Source: an uncultured archaeon (lineage in GTDB: Archaea > Thermoproteota > Nitrososphaeria_A > Caldarchaeales > Calditenuaceae). From it: a DNA stretch of 64,000 nucleotides. The notes beneath the pieces were generated by a model, which saw only the letters and a program-made list of their open reading frames with translations, did no database searches and had not been told where the DNA came from. Each line of letters starts with the position of its first letter. Position 1 is the first letter of the stretch. Positions 9,898 to 19,087 of the stretch are shown piece by piece. Location of the stretch: the NCBI GenBank assembly GCA_938017985.1, contig CALIKS010000004.1, forward strand, positions 54,692 through 118,691, read 5' to 3'. The position numbers and the translations under genes are program-made.

Positions 9898-10614
9898 TCA
9901 TTGCTGATTTCTGATGCATAGTTTTACTGCTCTTTTGAATATATTGTTAATCATGGATTGTGTGAGTCTTCCTGTCTGAGTGTTCTGCCGGCTAGGATGA
10001 TAGGAGCAGAGTAGATGAATGATGCGTAGGTCGCCAGTTCTCTTGAAGAGGTATCCTGAACCATGCCTAAATTTGAGAGGTGTTTTTCCGGAAATATATC
10101 CATAGTCCTTCATGAGTCTTATACATGTCCTGAAGGCAATTGAGCCGAGAGCCACTATCACTTTGACATTTTTCATCAGCCTAAACTCCTCAGAGAGATA
10201 TTGATAGCAGTTCTCAAATTCATTCTTAGTTGGCTTATTTCCCGGCGGTGCGCATCTTACGGATGCGGTTAGATAACAGTTATGCAGCATGAGTCCATCA
10301 TCAATGTTGACCGAGTAGGGATGGTTTGCTAATCCTGCTGAGTACAGTGCACGCATAAGCGTGTTAGCCGACCCGTCGCCTGTGAACATTCTGCCGGTCC
10401 TGTTGCCGCCATGAGCCGCAGGTGCGAGACCGACAACGAGTACTTCTGCATTTGGGTCTCCGAATCCTGGTAAAGGCTTGGACCAATAACGTTGTCCAGC
10501 ATATCTCCTCGGCGGATTGGTAGAGACTCTTACTCTATGCTTGACTAAGCGTGGACAGAGTCTGCATTCAATTAGAACCTTATTCAGCTCCTCTAGTGTG
10601 TTTGGGCTATTCAT
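9898..10614 (-). CDS. uracil-DNA glycosylase, family 4/5 (UdgB-like, Fe-S)
   Basis: Motif A reads GLAPAAHGGNRTGRMFTG (GLAPA is the family 5 variant). Conserved Cys residues (CRLC...C) suggest a 4Fe-4S cluster. A C-terminal HxxxH-like region is present. Confidence 0.7.
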   Translation of the reverse strand: MNSPNTLEELNKVLIECRLCPRLVKHRVRVSTNPPRRYAGQRYWSKPLPGFGDPNAEVLVVGLAPAAHGGNRTGRMFTGDGSANTLMRALYSAGLANHPYSVNIDDGLMLHNCYLTASVRCAPPGNKPTKNEFENCYQYLSEEFRLMKNVKVIVALGSIAFRTCIRLMKDYGYISGKTPLKFRHGSGYLFKRTGDLRIIHLLCSYHPSRQNTQTGRLTQSMINNIFKRAVKLCIRNQQ

Positions 10615-11245
10615 GCCTAGAAGAAATTTTGAGAAATGGATTATAGAGCTTCTCTATTCCCAGCCTAGTAGATTCTCCGTGTCCAGGCAAGACCTTAGTC
10701 TCATCGTTCAATGGATAGATTTTTTCTTTCAGGCTCCTCAAGAGTTGCTTATAATCTCCGCCGTAGAAGTCAGTTCTCCCAACAGAGCCTGCAAAAAGCG
10801 TGTCTCCTGAGAATAATACATCATCAACGAGGAGACAGATGCTTCCTGGACTGTGGCCTGGAGTATGCAGAATCTTAACGCTCCATCCACCCAATAATAA
10901 TGGCTCTCCTTCATCGAGGTATTCATCGGGCGTCGGTGGGTCAAATCTCACGCCAAGCCACTCGAATGCATGTCTAGGAGCTTCCTCAAGAATGGGCTTA
11001 TCGTCTCTATGCATGAGAAACTTCACCTCAAGGGCGTCTCTTAAATCCTCTACGGCCAATACGTGGTCGAAGTGTCCATGAGTCGCTATAATTGCCTTTA
11101 CTGATAATCCAGGCTCTAGCATTCCGAGAATCTTGGCGGGCTCGTCTCCTGGATCAATTATTATTGATTCGCCAGTATATCCATCTATCAGTAAGTAGGA
11201 GTTTGTTAATAGTTCTCCGACGACTTGCGTCTTGACTCGTATCAT
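10607..11245 (-). CDS. MBL-fold metallo-hydrolase (glyoxalase II-like)
   Basis: THGHFDH and HTPGHSPG motifs in 212 aa. Overlaps the UDG gene start by 8 nt. Confidence 0.85.
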   Translation of the reverse strand: MIRVKTQVVGELLTNSYLLIDGYTGESIIIDPGDEPAKILGMLEPGLSVKAIIATHGHFDHVLAVEDLRDALEVKFLMHRDDKPILEEAPRHAFEWLGVRFDPPTPDEYLDEGEPLLLGGWSVKILHTPGHSPGSICLLVDDVLFSGDTLFAGSVGRTDFYGGDYKQLLRSLKEKIYPLNDETKVLPGHGESTRLGIEKLYNPFLKISSRHE

Positions 11246-11294
11246 TTAGCAAATAGCCCTATGTCTCAGCTCAATAATAATCTGTCTCATCTCC

Positions 11295-12173
11295 TCAATA
11301 GATAGTTGGTTCGGCTAACTCCTTAATTATTTCTGAGATTTTCCCCTCGGCCAGCTTGACAAACTCAACGGGCCTCAACGCTCCCAGCTCAGAGACATAC
11401 GCTGTAAAGAAACTTGGAGATGTGGCTTCAAAGAGCCTGTAGCTGAGTCTGAAATTGTCCTGAAAATGCGTGGTATACTCTGGTCTCCACACACCGAGTC
11501 GATCAAGCTTAAATGAATCAACAATGCTTATCACTGGTTTTTTCCCATCTGAAACTAGTGCTGCGAGAAGTGTACCAGACCTGTTTATGAGTGTACCGTC
11601 TCTAAGAACGGCGTCGGATCCGACAAGAACAGCATCAGACTGCTCAACCGCCTCGGCCAGCGCTGCGTCTGGATACACATGCACCTCAATTCCTAGGCTT
11701 CTTAGTCTTTCACCAGTCTTTAAACCATCAAGCAGTGGCCATCCGGCAGTCAAGTAGACAGCAACATTCCTAAGTCCTGACAGAGTCTTAAAGACTTGGG
11801 AGCTATAGCTCAATGTAAATATCCTACTGATGCCTTCTAACTCTCTTACAGCGTTCGAGACAGCGGCAGAGAGAGTATCAGCATAAATCTCTAAGAGCCT
11901 ACTGCTCATCTTGGTCAAAATTTTTACGGATGGCTGAAGCTGCAACACAGCTTCACGCATTACTGAGAGCAGATTGATTTGAAGAATCATTGACGACCTC
12001 TCTAAGGCTATGCTGAGCATCGATTCCAGCAGCTCGGCCGGTCTTATCTCTAAATCAGGACCTATCTCGTCGCGTATTAGTCTAAGCAATTTGAGGCCTA
12101 TCTCAGATGAGCCTGACTCGCGGTCAAGTATTATCTCTCTCAGCCTAGACAATAAGTCAGTCATTCTTCTCAT
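11295..12173 (-). CDS. eIF-2B alpha/beta/delta family protein (ribose-1,5-bisphosphate / MTR-1-P isomerase-like)
   Basis: 292 aa with a C-terminal Rossmann-like half (VLVGSDAVLRDGTLINRSGT) typical of the IF-2B/MtnA/R15Pi family. Confidence 0.5.
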   Translation of the reverse strand: MRRMTDLLSRLREIILDRESGSSEIGLKLLRLIRDEIGPDLEIRPAELLESMLSIALERSSMILQINLLSVMREAVLQLQPSVKILTKMSSRLLEIYADTLSAAVSNAVRELEGISRIFTLSYSSQVFKTLSGLRNVAVYLTAGWPLLDGLKTGERLRSLGIEVHVYPDAALAEAVEQSDAVLVGSDAVLRDGTLINRSGTLLAALVSDGKKPVISIVDSFKLDRLGVWRPEYTTHFQDNFRLSYRLFEATSPSFFTAYVSELGALRPVEFVKLAEGKISEIIKELAEPTIY

Positions 12174-13209
12174 TAGGTATCAATAGAATCTTGCCGAAAT
12201 GCTTATTTGACTCTAATCTCCGATGCGCCTCTGATGCTTGGCTAAGCTTAAACTCGCTGTCTATGACTACTTTTAATCTCCGCTTAGATACAAGGTCAAG
12301 TATCTTCATGAGTTCTGCCTTTGTCCCCAAGCCTGACCCCACTATTCTCTGCCTCTTCCTGTATAGTTCTCTTATATTTATCGAGACGTCCTGCCCAGTC
12401 GTGGCTCCAACAGTCACGAGCGTTCCAGCTGGAGCGAGGACTTTCAGGGCGGTAGGCCAGAAATTTGTGCCCGCATGCTCAAGAACAATATCTACTCCTT
12501 TATTATCTGTCGCACGCATTACTTCGTCATAGACATTACTCTTCAGACGGTTGATTACTAAGTCTGCTCCTATCTGATGTGCCTTCTCGGCCTTCGAGTC
12601 GTCGCTAACAGTAGTGATTACGTACGCGCCGCAGAGCTTTGCTATCTGTATCGCTGCATAGCCAACTCCGCTTCCTCCACCGACGATGAGGACAGTCATT
12701 CCTGCACTTATGCTGGCAGAAGAGACAAGCGCTCCCCACGCAGTCGTGAAGTTAACGGGAATAGCTGCAGCCTCCTTCATCGTCAACGTCTTAGGAATCT
12801 TCAGCAGGCTCTTAGATGGAACTACCGCCTTCTCGGCGTATCCGCCCCAAACATTCTGACCAATCCTCCTCATGTTTTGGCAGAGATTTTCTCTTCCAGA
12901 GACGCAATAGATGCATCTGCCGCATCCAATCTCTGGATATACGACTACTCTATCACCTATGGAGAATGACTCGTCGGTTGTCTCTTCCACGATGCCTGCT
13001 ATGTCGCATCCAATCACTGCTGGCAGGGCAACCTTGTACAGTCCCGTTCTTATCCATACGTCTATCCTGTTAACGCCAGTAGCCTTAACACGTACGGCGA
13101 CCTCGCCTGGGCCGGGCTTTGGGTCAGGCAAATCCTTATATACAAAGACTTCTGGACCGCCGACAGACTCTATTACTGCCGCCTTCATAAATGAAGAATA
13201 GCTATCCAT
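12157..13209 (-). CDS. zinc-dependent alcohol dehydrogenase / MDR-family oxidoreductase
   Basis: 350 aa with the GCGRCIYCVSGRENLC structural-zinc motif and a GGGSGVG NAD(P)-binding motif. Confidence 0.85.
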   Translation of the reverse strand: MDSYSSFMKAAVIESVGGPEVFVYKDLPDPKPGPGEVAVRVKATGVNRIDVWIRTGLYKVALPAVIGCDIAGIVEETTDESFSIGDRVVVYPEIGCGRCIYCVSGRENLCQNMRRIGQNVWGGYAEKAVVPSKSLLKIPKTLTMKEAAAIPVNFTTAWGALVSSASISAGMTVLIVGGGSGVGYAAIQIAKLCGAYVITTVSDDSKAEKAHQIGADLVINRLKSNVYDEVMRATDNKGVDIVLEHAGTNFWPTALKVLAPAGTLVTVGATTGQDVSINIRELYRKRQRIVGSGLGTKAELMKILDLVSKRRLKVVIDSEFKLSQASEAHRRLESNKHFGKILLIPNEKND

Positions 13210-13281
13210 GTGTTATTAAATTTTGTAGCTTGAGCTTGACGTATCATTACTTAGGTAATTTATGGTAAGAAAATAGTTAAA

Positions 13282-14436
13282 TTGAATGTTTTACTACTAA
13301 ACACGAGGGTGTATGAATTGAAGACGACATTATCCGTGATTAAGGCAGACGTCGGCAGCGTGGCGGGACACTATAAACCACACGAGGAGATGCTGAGACT
13401 CGCTAGGAGGAGGCTAAGCGAGGCAAAAGAAACAGGAATCATCAACAGTGGATACGTACAGTCAGTCGGAGACGACATACTACTAATAATGACGCACTCA
13501 AAGGGCGAGAATAGCCCAGACATACATGGACTCGCATGGAGCATCTTCAATGAAGTAACCGAGAAGGTAGCCAAACCCCTCAAGCTATACGCAGCTGGAC
13601 AGGACCTACTAAGCAATGCCTTCAGCGGAACAGTAAAGGGACTGGGACCAGGCGTGGCCGAGCTCGAGTTTGAGGAGAGAAAGTCAGACCCAGTCGTAGT
13701 ATTCGCCGCAGACAAGACGGAGCCAGGCGCCTGGAACCTCCCTCTATACAGAATCTTCGCCTCTCCAGACAATACAGCTGGACTAGTCATCGACCCAATA
13801 CTGCATAAGGGCTTCGTCTTCCAAGTGCTCGACCTACATGAAAATAAGATGGTTGACCTCAAGATGCCTGACGAGCTATACATGCTACTAGCACTGATAG
13901 GAACGCCGGGGCGCTACGTGATAAACAGGATATGGAGAGTACATGACGGAGAGCCTGCAGCAGCGACTAGCACTACGCGGCTAAGCCTAATTGCTGGAAA
14001 ATATGTCGGTAAAGACGACCCAGTCATGATTGTTAGGGCCCAGGCCGGTTTCCCCGCAATAGGAGAAATACTCAGCGCTTTTACGCCCCCAATAATCGTC
14101 AATGGATGGATGAGGGGCTCGCATAGGGGACCATTAATGCCAGTATCCTTCAAGGAGGGACACAACGTCGTATCATACTTCGACGGCCCACCAAGAGTCA
14201 TAGCAATGGGATGGCAGATAAGCAATGGCAGACTCATAGGCGTAGATGGCGAGGAGCCCGCAGACCTCTTCGCAGACCCATTCTGGGACTACACAAGAAT
14301 GAAGTGCGCTGAACTCGCAATATATCTGAGAAGCATGGGAGAATTCGAACCGGCCCGTCTCGGAGAAGAAGAGATGGAATACACAACGCTCCCCTCAATA
14401 CTAGAATCGTTAAAGGATAGATTCAAGAAAATATAA
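13282..14436 (+). CDS. fbp: bifunctional fructose-1,6-bisphosphate aldolase/phosphatase (class V FBPase)
   Basis: TLSVIKADVGS near the N-terminus is the hallmark of the archaeal FBP aldolase/phosphatase. 384 aa; the start codon is uncertain. Confidence 0.9.
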   Translation: MNVLLLNTRVYELKTTLSVIKADVGSVAGHYKPHEEMLRLARRRLSEAKETGIINSGYVQSVGDDILLIMTHSKGENSPDIHGLAWSIFNEVTEKVAKPLKLYAAGQDLLSNAFSGTVKGLGPGVAELEFEERKSDPVVVFAADKTEPGAWNLPLYRIFASPDNTAGLVIDPILHKGFVFQVLDLHENKMVDLKMPDELYMLLALIGTPGRYVINRIWRVHDGEPAAATSTTRLSLIAGKYVGKDDPVMIVRAQAGFPAIGEILSAFTPPIIVNGWMRGSHRGPLMPVSFKEGHNVVSYFDGPPRVIAMGWQISNGRLIGVDGEEPADLFADPFWDYTRMKCAELAIYLRSMGEFEPARLGEEEMEYTTLPSILESLKDRFKKI

Positions 14437-14500
14437 TAAATATTTTATTTTATAAAATCATAAATACATATTTAGTGATTTGTCGATTCGGCGTCTATAT

Positions 14501-14677
14501 CTAGAAGTCTTCTTTGATTATTGTTTTTCTGTTGTTTGCTTTGCATCTTTCAACTGCTTTCTCTATTGCTTGCCTAACTAGCGCGTCTAGTCCTTGTAAT
14601 GCATCACTGCTGAGCCTTATGCCCTCTGGAAGCAGCTCCCTGACCTTTGACTCTACTATAACCAGTTCTCGGGGCAT
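14501..14677 (-). CDS. short histone-fold protein (archaeal histone-like, C-terminally truncated)
   Basis: Hand-translated 58 aa: MPRELVIVESKVRELLPEGIRLSSDALQGLDALVRQAIEKAVERCKANNRKTIIKEDF. Compared with HMfB it keeps RVSDDA and AGRKTIKAEDI equivalents but ends where helix alpha3 would begin. It is below the 60-aa cutoff of the ORF track. An in-frame stop lies 3 codons upstream of the ATG. Confidence 0.5.
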   Translation of the reverse strand: MPRELVIVESKVRELLPEGIRLSSDALQGLDALVRQAIEKAVERCKANNRKTIIKEDF

Positions 14678-14693
14678 TTCTATTCATTCCTAC

Positions 14694-14700
14694 TTATAAA
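14694..14700 (-). promoter_or_regulatory. TATA-like box (TTTATAA on minus strand) upstream of the histone-fold gene
   Basis: TTTATAA sits 17-23 nt upstream of the ATG in an AT-rich context, consistent with a leaderless or short-leader archaeal promoter. Confidence 0.3.
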
Positions 14701-14779
14701 TAGGGGTTTTTTAGGTTTTCCTGGGTTTTTCTGGCGAATAGCGCGAAGTATTACTAAAGTATTACTTCTACGACACTAA

Positions 14780-16210
14780 CTATAAACGAAGCTCTGAGCA
14801 TCGAGACATCTCGACCACTTTACAATCAATGCCTGCTTCCTGTACAAGTTTATTGAAGAGTGAAGGCTTCTCAGAATGTATTGGTAATATTTTTTTGGGC
14901 GTTGTCTTCCTCAGAATGTCTATAAGTTCTGTCCTTCCAGCGTGTCCAGAGGCATGGACCTGAATACTACTCATTCCTAGAACTCTTAACCAATTCTCAA
15001 CTCTCTGCTTATCTATCTCCTGCTCCTCGTTGTGCGGCTCACTTGAAGAGTAAACAAAAACAGACCCCTCAGAAGGCTTAACAAAGATGAGGTCGAATAC
15101 ATCGTCCGGAGAATTCATCACCATGACGTAGCGATTCTGCCGTCTCGATAGGTCTACGTCAAAGATTGGGTCAGCGCCTTTTTCTCGTAATTGATTAACA
15201 TAGTTCCGCTCCCATCTATCATAGTTCCTATCTAGCTCTAAGCTTCCACTTCCCTTTCTCTCGATATATGCTACGACGTTTCCTGCTCCCGGTAATAGTT
15301 CTTTTGGAAGCATTCCTAACTCATAGAAGACCTCGAGCATCGCCGCCATCCTCAGAGGAACTGCAGTTATCCTTGAACATTTCATTGCTGCATTCGCTAT
15401 CGAGATAAACCTGTCATAATCGGTTATCCCTGTAAGGACAACCACCAATCCATGCTGAGCTCTTTGGAAGATCTCTACCAGCCTGAGGAATACATCGTGT
15501 TCAGTAATGTCATTTGACTCTTCAATTCTCGTCCCCTCTAGCATTAAGGTCTGTGCGCCTTCGTGCTGAATCCTTTCTGTAAACTCATGAGTAAAATGAC
15601 TCTTGGGGCCGTGTAGTCTGAGGTCGCCCGAATATGCTATACTTCCCTCCGGTGTATGAATGACAAAGCCATAAGAACCAGGAACAGAATGGTCCACATG
15701 TATAGGAATAATTCTAATGGAGCTGATGTTTAGACTCATTCCTGTCCTAAACCTCTCCACTTTTCTTTCACGGTCTAAAAAGACTCGGTCCTCAACGGTC
15801 TTAGCAGATTTCGTTAACTCTCGTGTCAATGTAATCTTAAAAGTGCTCTCACCCATAAATATTGGCAGTTCATCTTTCAGCAATGATAGATGCCCATAAT
15901 GGTCCATGTGCGGATGACTGATAATTACTCCAAGCGTGTTGAGTCGAATAGATGATTGAAGAATCTCCTTGGACAGTCCTAGAGGATCGAACAGGTTATC
16001 ATCATAAATATCTGAGATTGCTGGTATCACTCCACACCTTAGGAGCGAGGCTAAAAAGGCGTATTTCTTTGGACGAATGAATCCACCGAAGTATTCACGT
16101 TTAGTAGCGTAACTTATGCCGAAGTCGATGAATAGTCCCTCGTCCCTAGCCTCTACGTAGAATTTGTTTCCACCAATCTCGTTAACGCCACCGAATGGTA
16201 TCACTCTCAA
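14780..16210 (-). CDS. beta-CASP ribonuclease (archaeal RNase J-like, MBL fold)
   Basis: SHPHMDHYGH (HxHxDH) MBL motif followed by a beta-CASP region. 476 aa. Confidence 0.7.
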   Translation of the reverse strand: MRVIPFGGVNEIGGNKFYVEARDEGLFIDFGISYATKREYFGGFIRPKKYAFLASLLRCGVIPAISDIYDDNLFDPLGLSKEILQSSIRLNTLGVIISHPHMDHYGHLSLLKDELPIFMGESTFKITLTRELTKSAKTVEDRVFLDRERKVERFRTGMSLNISSIRIIPIHVDHSVPGSYGFVIHTPEGSIAYSGDLRLHGPKSHFTHEFTERIQHEGAQTLMLEGTRIEESNDITEHDVFLRLVEIFQRAQHGLVVVLTGITDYDRFISIANAAMKCSRITAVPLRMAAMLEVFYELGMLPKELLPGAGNVVAYIERKGSGSLELDRNYDRWERNYVNQLREKGADPIFDVDLSRRQNRYVMVMNSPDDVFDLIFVKPSEGSVFVYSSSEPHNEEQEIDKQRVENWLRVLGMSSIQVHASGHAGRTELIDILRKTTPKKILPIHSEKPSLFNKLVQEAGIDCKVVEMSRCSELRL

Positions 16211-16853
16211 TTTTACCGCTCCTAACTAGTGCATCCGTAGTTATTTTTCTTATATTCTCCTGTACTTCCAGGACGCTTCTCTCACCATCTACGACTAGCA
16301 TTAATCCGTCCCTGCATAATTTTAGATACTCTTCTCTGATCTTTCTCAGCATCTCGAGCCTCTCATACTTAGTTCTCTTGCTAAGTTTTCTTCTTTTTAG
16401 GCGGGTAAGTCCTACCTCTGGAGACACGTCGATAAATATTGCGACGCCGGCCATTGGTATCCATTTATTTATGGTCCGCACCCAATCTGCATCCCCAGTC
16501 AACGCTCCCTGATAAGCTATTGAAGAGTAGACATATCTATCAGCGACTACTACGCCTCCCTTACCGAGTCTAGGCTCGATGTAGCCATAATAATGTTCAA
16601 TCCTATCAGCAGCGAATAAAAGAGCGTCAATTCTATGGTCAGAATCTTTTTTCCTAATTAGCTTCTTAATCAATTTCCCAAGAATACCATTCGTAGGCTC
16701 AGACGTATAATATGCATTTACTCCAATTTTCCTGAGCCATTTAACGAGCATTTTCGCCTGAGTCGTCTTTCCAGCACCGTCAATACCTTCAATAGCTACT
16801 AACAATCCATGAATTTGAGATAATAACTGAAATAATAGACTTGCTTTTACCAA
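16182..16853 (-). CDS. tmk: thymidylate kinase
   Basis: AIEGIDGAGKTT P-loop and an ADRY motif. 223 aa. Overlaps the RNase J gene start by 29 nt. Confidence 0.85.
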   Translation of the reverse strand: MVKASLLFQLLSQIHGLLVAIEGIDGAGKTTQAKMLVKWLRKIGVNAYYTSEPTNGILGKLIKKLIRKKDSDHRIDALLFAADRIEHYYGYIEPRLGKGGVVVADRYVYSSIAYQGALTGDADWVRTINKWIPMAGVAIFIDVSPEVGLTRLKRRKLSKRTKYERLEMLRKIREEYLKLCRDGLMLVVDGERSVLEVQENIRKITTDALVRSGKIESDTIRWR

Positions 16854-16907
16854 GGCGTTTTGTGTGCTCTTTATAAATCGCTTCTATTTAATAATCAATG
16901 TAGAAAC

Positions 16908-17507
16908 ATGGCTGAATCAAGGCCGAGTAGAGCCCTAGTCCTTCCCGGAGACAAGTTATGCATAATTGAGGAATTCATACCGAAACATGGAGCTAAAGCC
17001 CTCCAGACGGGAGACGTAGTAGCGACCGTGATTGGCCAACCAGAATACTTTCATAAAAAACACGAGGTCTCAGTAAAACCTCTGAAAGATGTCGAAAAGC
17101 TAAGAGTTGGAGACATAGTGCTATGCGAAGTTAGAGACGCACAGGAAAAACTAGCAGGATGCAGCATAATAGCCAAAAATGGTAAGAGGCTTAAGAATGA
17201 ATGGAGCGGAGCAATTCTACAGACACCCACGCCTCTGACGATAGGAGACATAGTCGTGGCTAAGATAATAGATGAGGTCGCTGGAACATACACATTAACC
17301 ATAAACGAGCGAGGACTAGGAATCGTAATGGCATTCTGCGATAAATGTGGATACCAGCTTAGACAGGGTAGGAGTGGACTCATCTGCAGCCGATGCAGAA
17401 AGACTTATAGAAAAAAGATAGTTCCATACTATGGAAACATAAATAAGATAGCTGAGATGTTTGGGCTACAATCAGCAGCATCATTGGTGAGAAGTAATGG
17501 AGGTTAA
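16908..17507 (+). CDS. csl4: exosome complex RNA-binding protein Csl4
   Basis: S1-like domain plus a C-terminal zinc ribbon (CDKCG...CSRC). The track ORF starts at 16860; the likely start is the Met at 16908 (MAESRPS). Confidence 0.8.
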   Translation: MAESRPSRALVLPGDKLCIIEEFIPKHGAKALQTGDVVATVIGQPEYFHKKHEVSVKPLKDVEKLRVGDIVLCEVRDAQEKLAGCSIIAKNGKRLKNEWSGAILQTPTPLTIGDIVVAKIIDEVAGTYTLTINERGLGIVMAFCDKCGYQLRQGRSGLICSRCRKTYRKKIVPYYGNINKIAEMFGLQSAASLVRSNGG

Positions 17508-17781
17508 AATAATAGCAAAGGGTCCAAATTACATCGAGCTCGAAGTCGCTGGAATAGATTTCGGAGTAATGGGAAGCCTACAAGAAATTCTGAACAACTA
17601 CAGTGAGGTAGAGTATGCCGGCGCAAACTTAACACATCCATTACTAGGCAAGATTCGTTTCGTAGTTAGGACGAAGGACAATGCAAATCCCGAAGAAGTT
17701 TTAGCAAAAGGATTAACTGAGCTCACACGAACTGCCAAAAACTTGAGGGACACTATCGATAACCTACTAAAAACCGTCTAA
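17497..17781 (+). CDS. rpoL: DNA-directed RNA polymerase subunit L (Rpo11)
   Basis: 94 aa. The NYIELEV...HPLL pattern is typical of RpoL/Rpb11. Confidence 0.85.
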   Translation: MEVKIIAKGPNYIELEVAGIDFGVMGSLQEILNNYSEVEYAGANLTHPLLGKIRFVVRTKDNANPEEVLAKGLTELTRTAKNLRDTIDNLLKTV

Positions 17782-17869
17782 AAACTTATCTAGAGTGATG
17801 TCTCACTCTGGTCATAAAAAGGTTTAATTCCGAGTTAATTCCTAGTCAGTCAGAGAGAGTAGAAGCGCC

Positions 17870-18205
17870 TTGGCGATGGAATTCTGTCCAAACTGTGGAA
17901 GCATACTCACATTGGCTAAGAAGTCGAAAAAGACAATTCTAATCTGTAAGAAATGCGGCTACGTAAAACAGACAGCAGAACTAGTCATAACAGTAAAGTC
18001 AAACAAAAAGGAGAAAAAATCAGTAGTAATGGTTGATGAAGACGAGGAGACAAATATACATCCTAAAACAACAGATGTGCAGTGTCCATCCTGTGGTAAC
18101 AGAGAGGCATACTGGTGGAGTGTTCAGACAAGGTCTGCAGACGAGCCAATGACCCAGTTCTTCAGATGTACAAAATGTGGACACACTTGGAGAGAATACG
18201 CATAG
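17870..18205 (+). CDS. tfs: transcription factor S (TFS) / RNA polymerase subunit M
   Basis: N-terminal Zn ribbon (CPNCG...CKKCG) and a C-terminal TFIIS-type Zn ribbon (CPSCG...RSADEP...CTKCGH). 111 aa. Confidence 0.85.
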   Translation: MAMEFCPNCGSILTLAKKSKKTILICKKCGYVKQTAELVITVKSNKKEKKSVVMVDEDEETNIHPKTTDVQCPSCGNREAYWWSVQTRSADEPMTQFFRCTKCGHTWREYA

Positions 18206-18206
18206 G

Positions 18207-18938
18207 TTACTCAGACTTATCATAAATTAATAGCGCGACTCTCTTACATCCAGGAGTAACTGATAACTTTTCCCAAACTTCTTTCAAAGTGACGAGGGTA
18301 AACACCCCTGAGACATGCGTCTTATGTCGCTCAAGCGTCTTAAGAACTTCCCTCAGAGGACTCATGCTCAAGATAAACGATGTAAATATGACAATGCTTG
18401 AATTCTTCTTGACTAAATCTAGAGGAAACCAGAGTCTTTCAGTTCTACGAGTTTCAGCAGACCTGTATGAAACCTCTAGGTAATCATCATCGTGCCAGAT
18501 AGGCCGATCAAGCGCAAAGAAAAGGCTCCCACCAATAAGCGAGGAGAAACAAGAAGCAAGAGGAATACTCGGAATATCCAGTGAAAGAGAAGAATTTACT
18601 CGAGTACCCATAAAGACATTTAACGCATAGGATGCCAAGATCTTAAGAGTCTGGGCGTCATGCGAGATATGGACTCCCTGCTCAACGTCTAAATCATCCC
18701 CAAAATACTCCTCAACAATTTTTTTAGGATTAACTATCTCGAAGCTCTTCTCCAGAATTTTTCGAGCGTTTTTTGCCCTTGGCAGGGTCTTACCCGTGAC
18801 GTATCTAGAAAGCGTTGAAGGAGAGATAGACATAATCGAAGAGAGCCTACGATAATCATAATGCATTTTCAAGTATCTTAAAACATCGACTGCAGCCTGC
18901 GTTAAGCCAACATTAAGAGACAATCCACGCCTGCTCAT
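18207..18938 (-). CDS. HTH-domain protein with degenerate phosphoribosyltransferase-like domain (GfcR-like paralog)
   Basis: The N-terminal HTH (YRRLSSIMSISPSTLSRYVTGKTLP) aligns with the paralog at 50998..51723. The PRPP-binding loop DDLIRSGKT is replaced by TSFILSMSP. Confidence 0.55.
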   Translation of the reverse strand: MSRRGLSLNVGLTQAAVDVLRYLKMHYDYRRLSSIMSISPSTLSRYVTGKTLPRAKNARKILEKSFEIVNPKKIVEEYFGDDLDVEQGVHISHDAQTLKILASYALNVFMGTRVNSSLSLDIPSIPLASCFSSLIGGSLFFALDRPIWHDDDYLEVSYRSAETRRTERLWFPLDLVKKNSSIVIFTSFILSMSPLREVLKTLERHKTHVSGVFTLVTLKEVWEKLSVTPGCKRVALLIYDKSE

Positions 18939-19087
18939 CGATTCACCTCTAAATAACTACTAGGGGCTCTATAATTGAAGTATAAAGGTTTTACCCAAAA
19001 AAGAACAAAAAATAATACTCGAAATAGTAACAGTCACAAGTATCGACATGATAACGCTTTAATATGCAGAGTGAAGAGAAATGCATA

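Noticed and set aside
14514-14699. Plus-strand 61-aa ORF in the track
   Set aside because: Antisense to the histone-fold ORF. Hydrophobic Ser/Leu-rich with no motif. The minus-strand reading has a clear family resemblance.
17792-17809. Perfect 7-bp hairpin (AGAGTGA-TGTC-TCACTCT) right after rpoL, with a nearby UGAUG-like element; considered as a C/D-box sRNA or terminator
   Set aside because: No canonical C (RUGAUGA) and D (CUGA) box pair at a proper spacing, and no oligo-T tract typical of archaeal terminators. Only a possible structural element.
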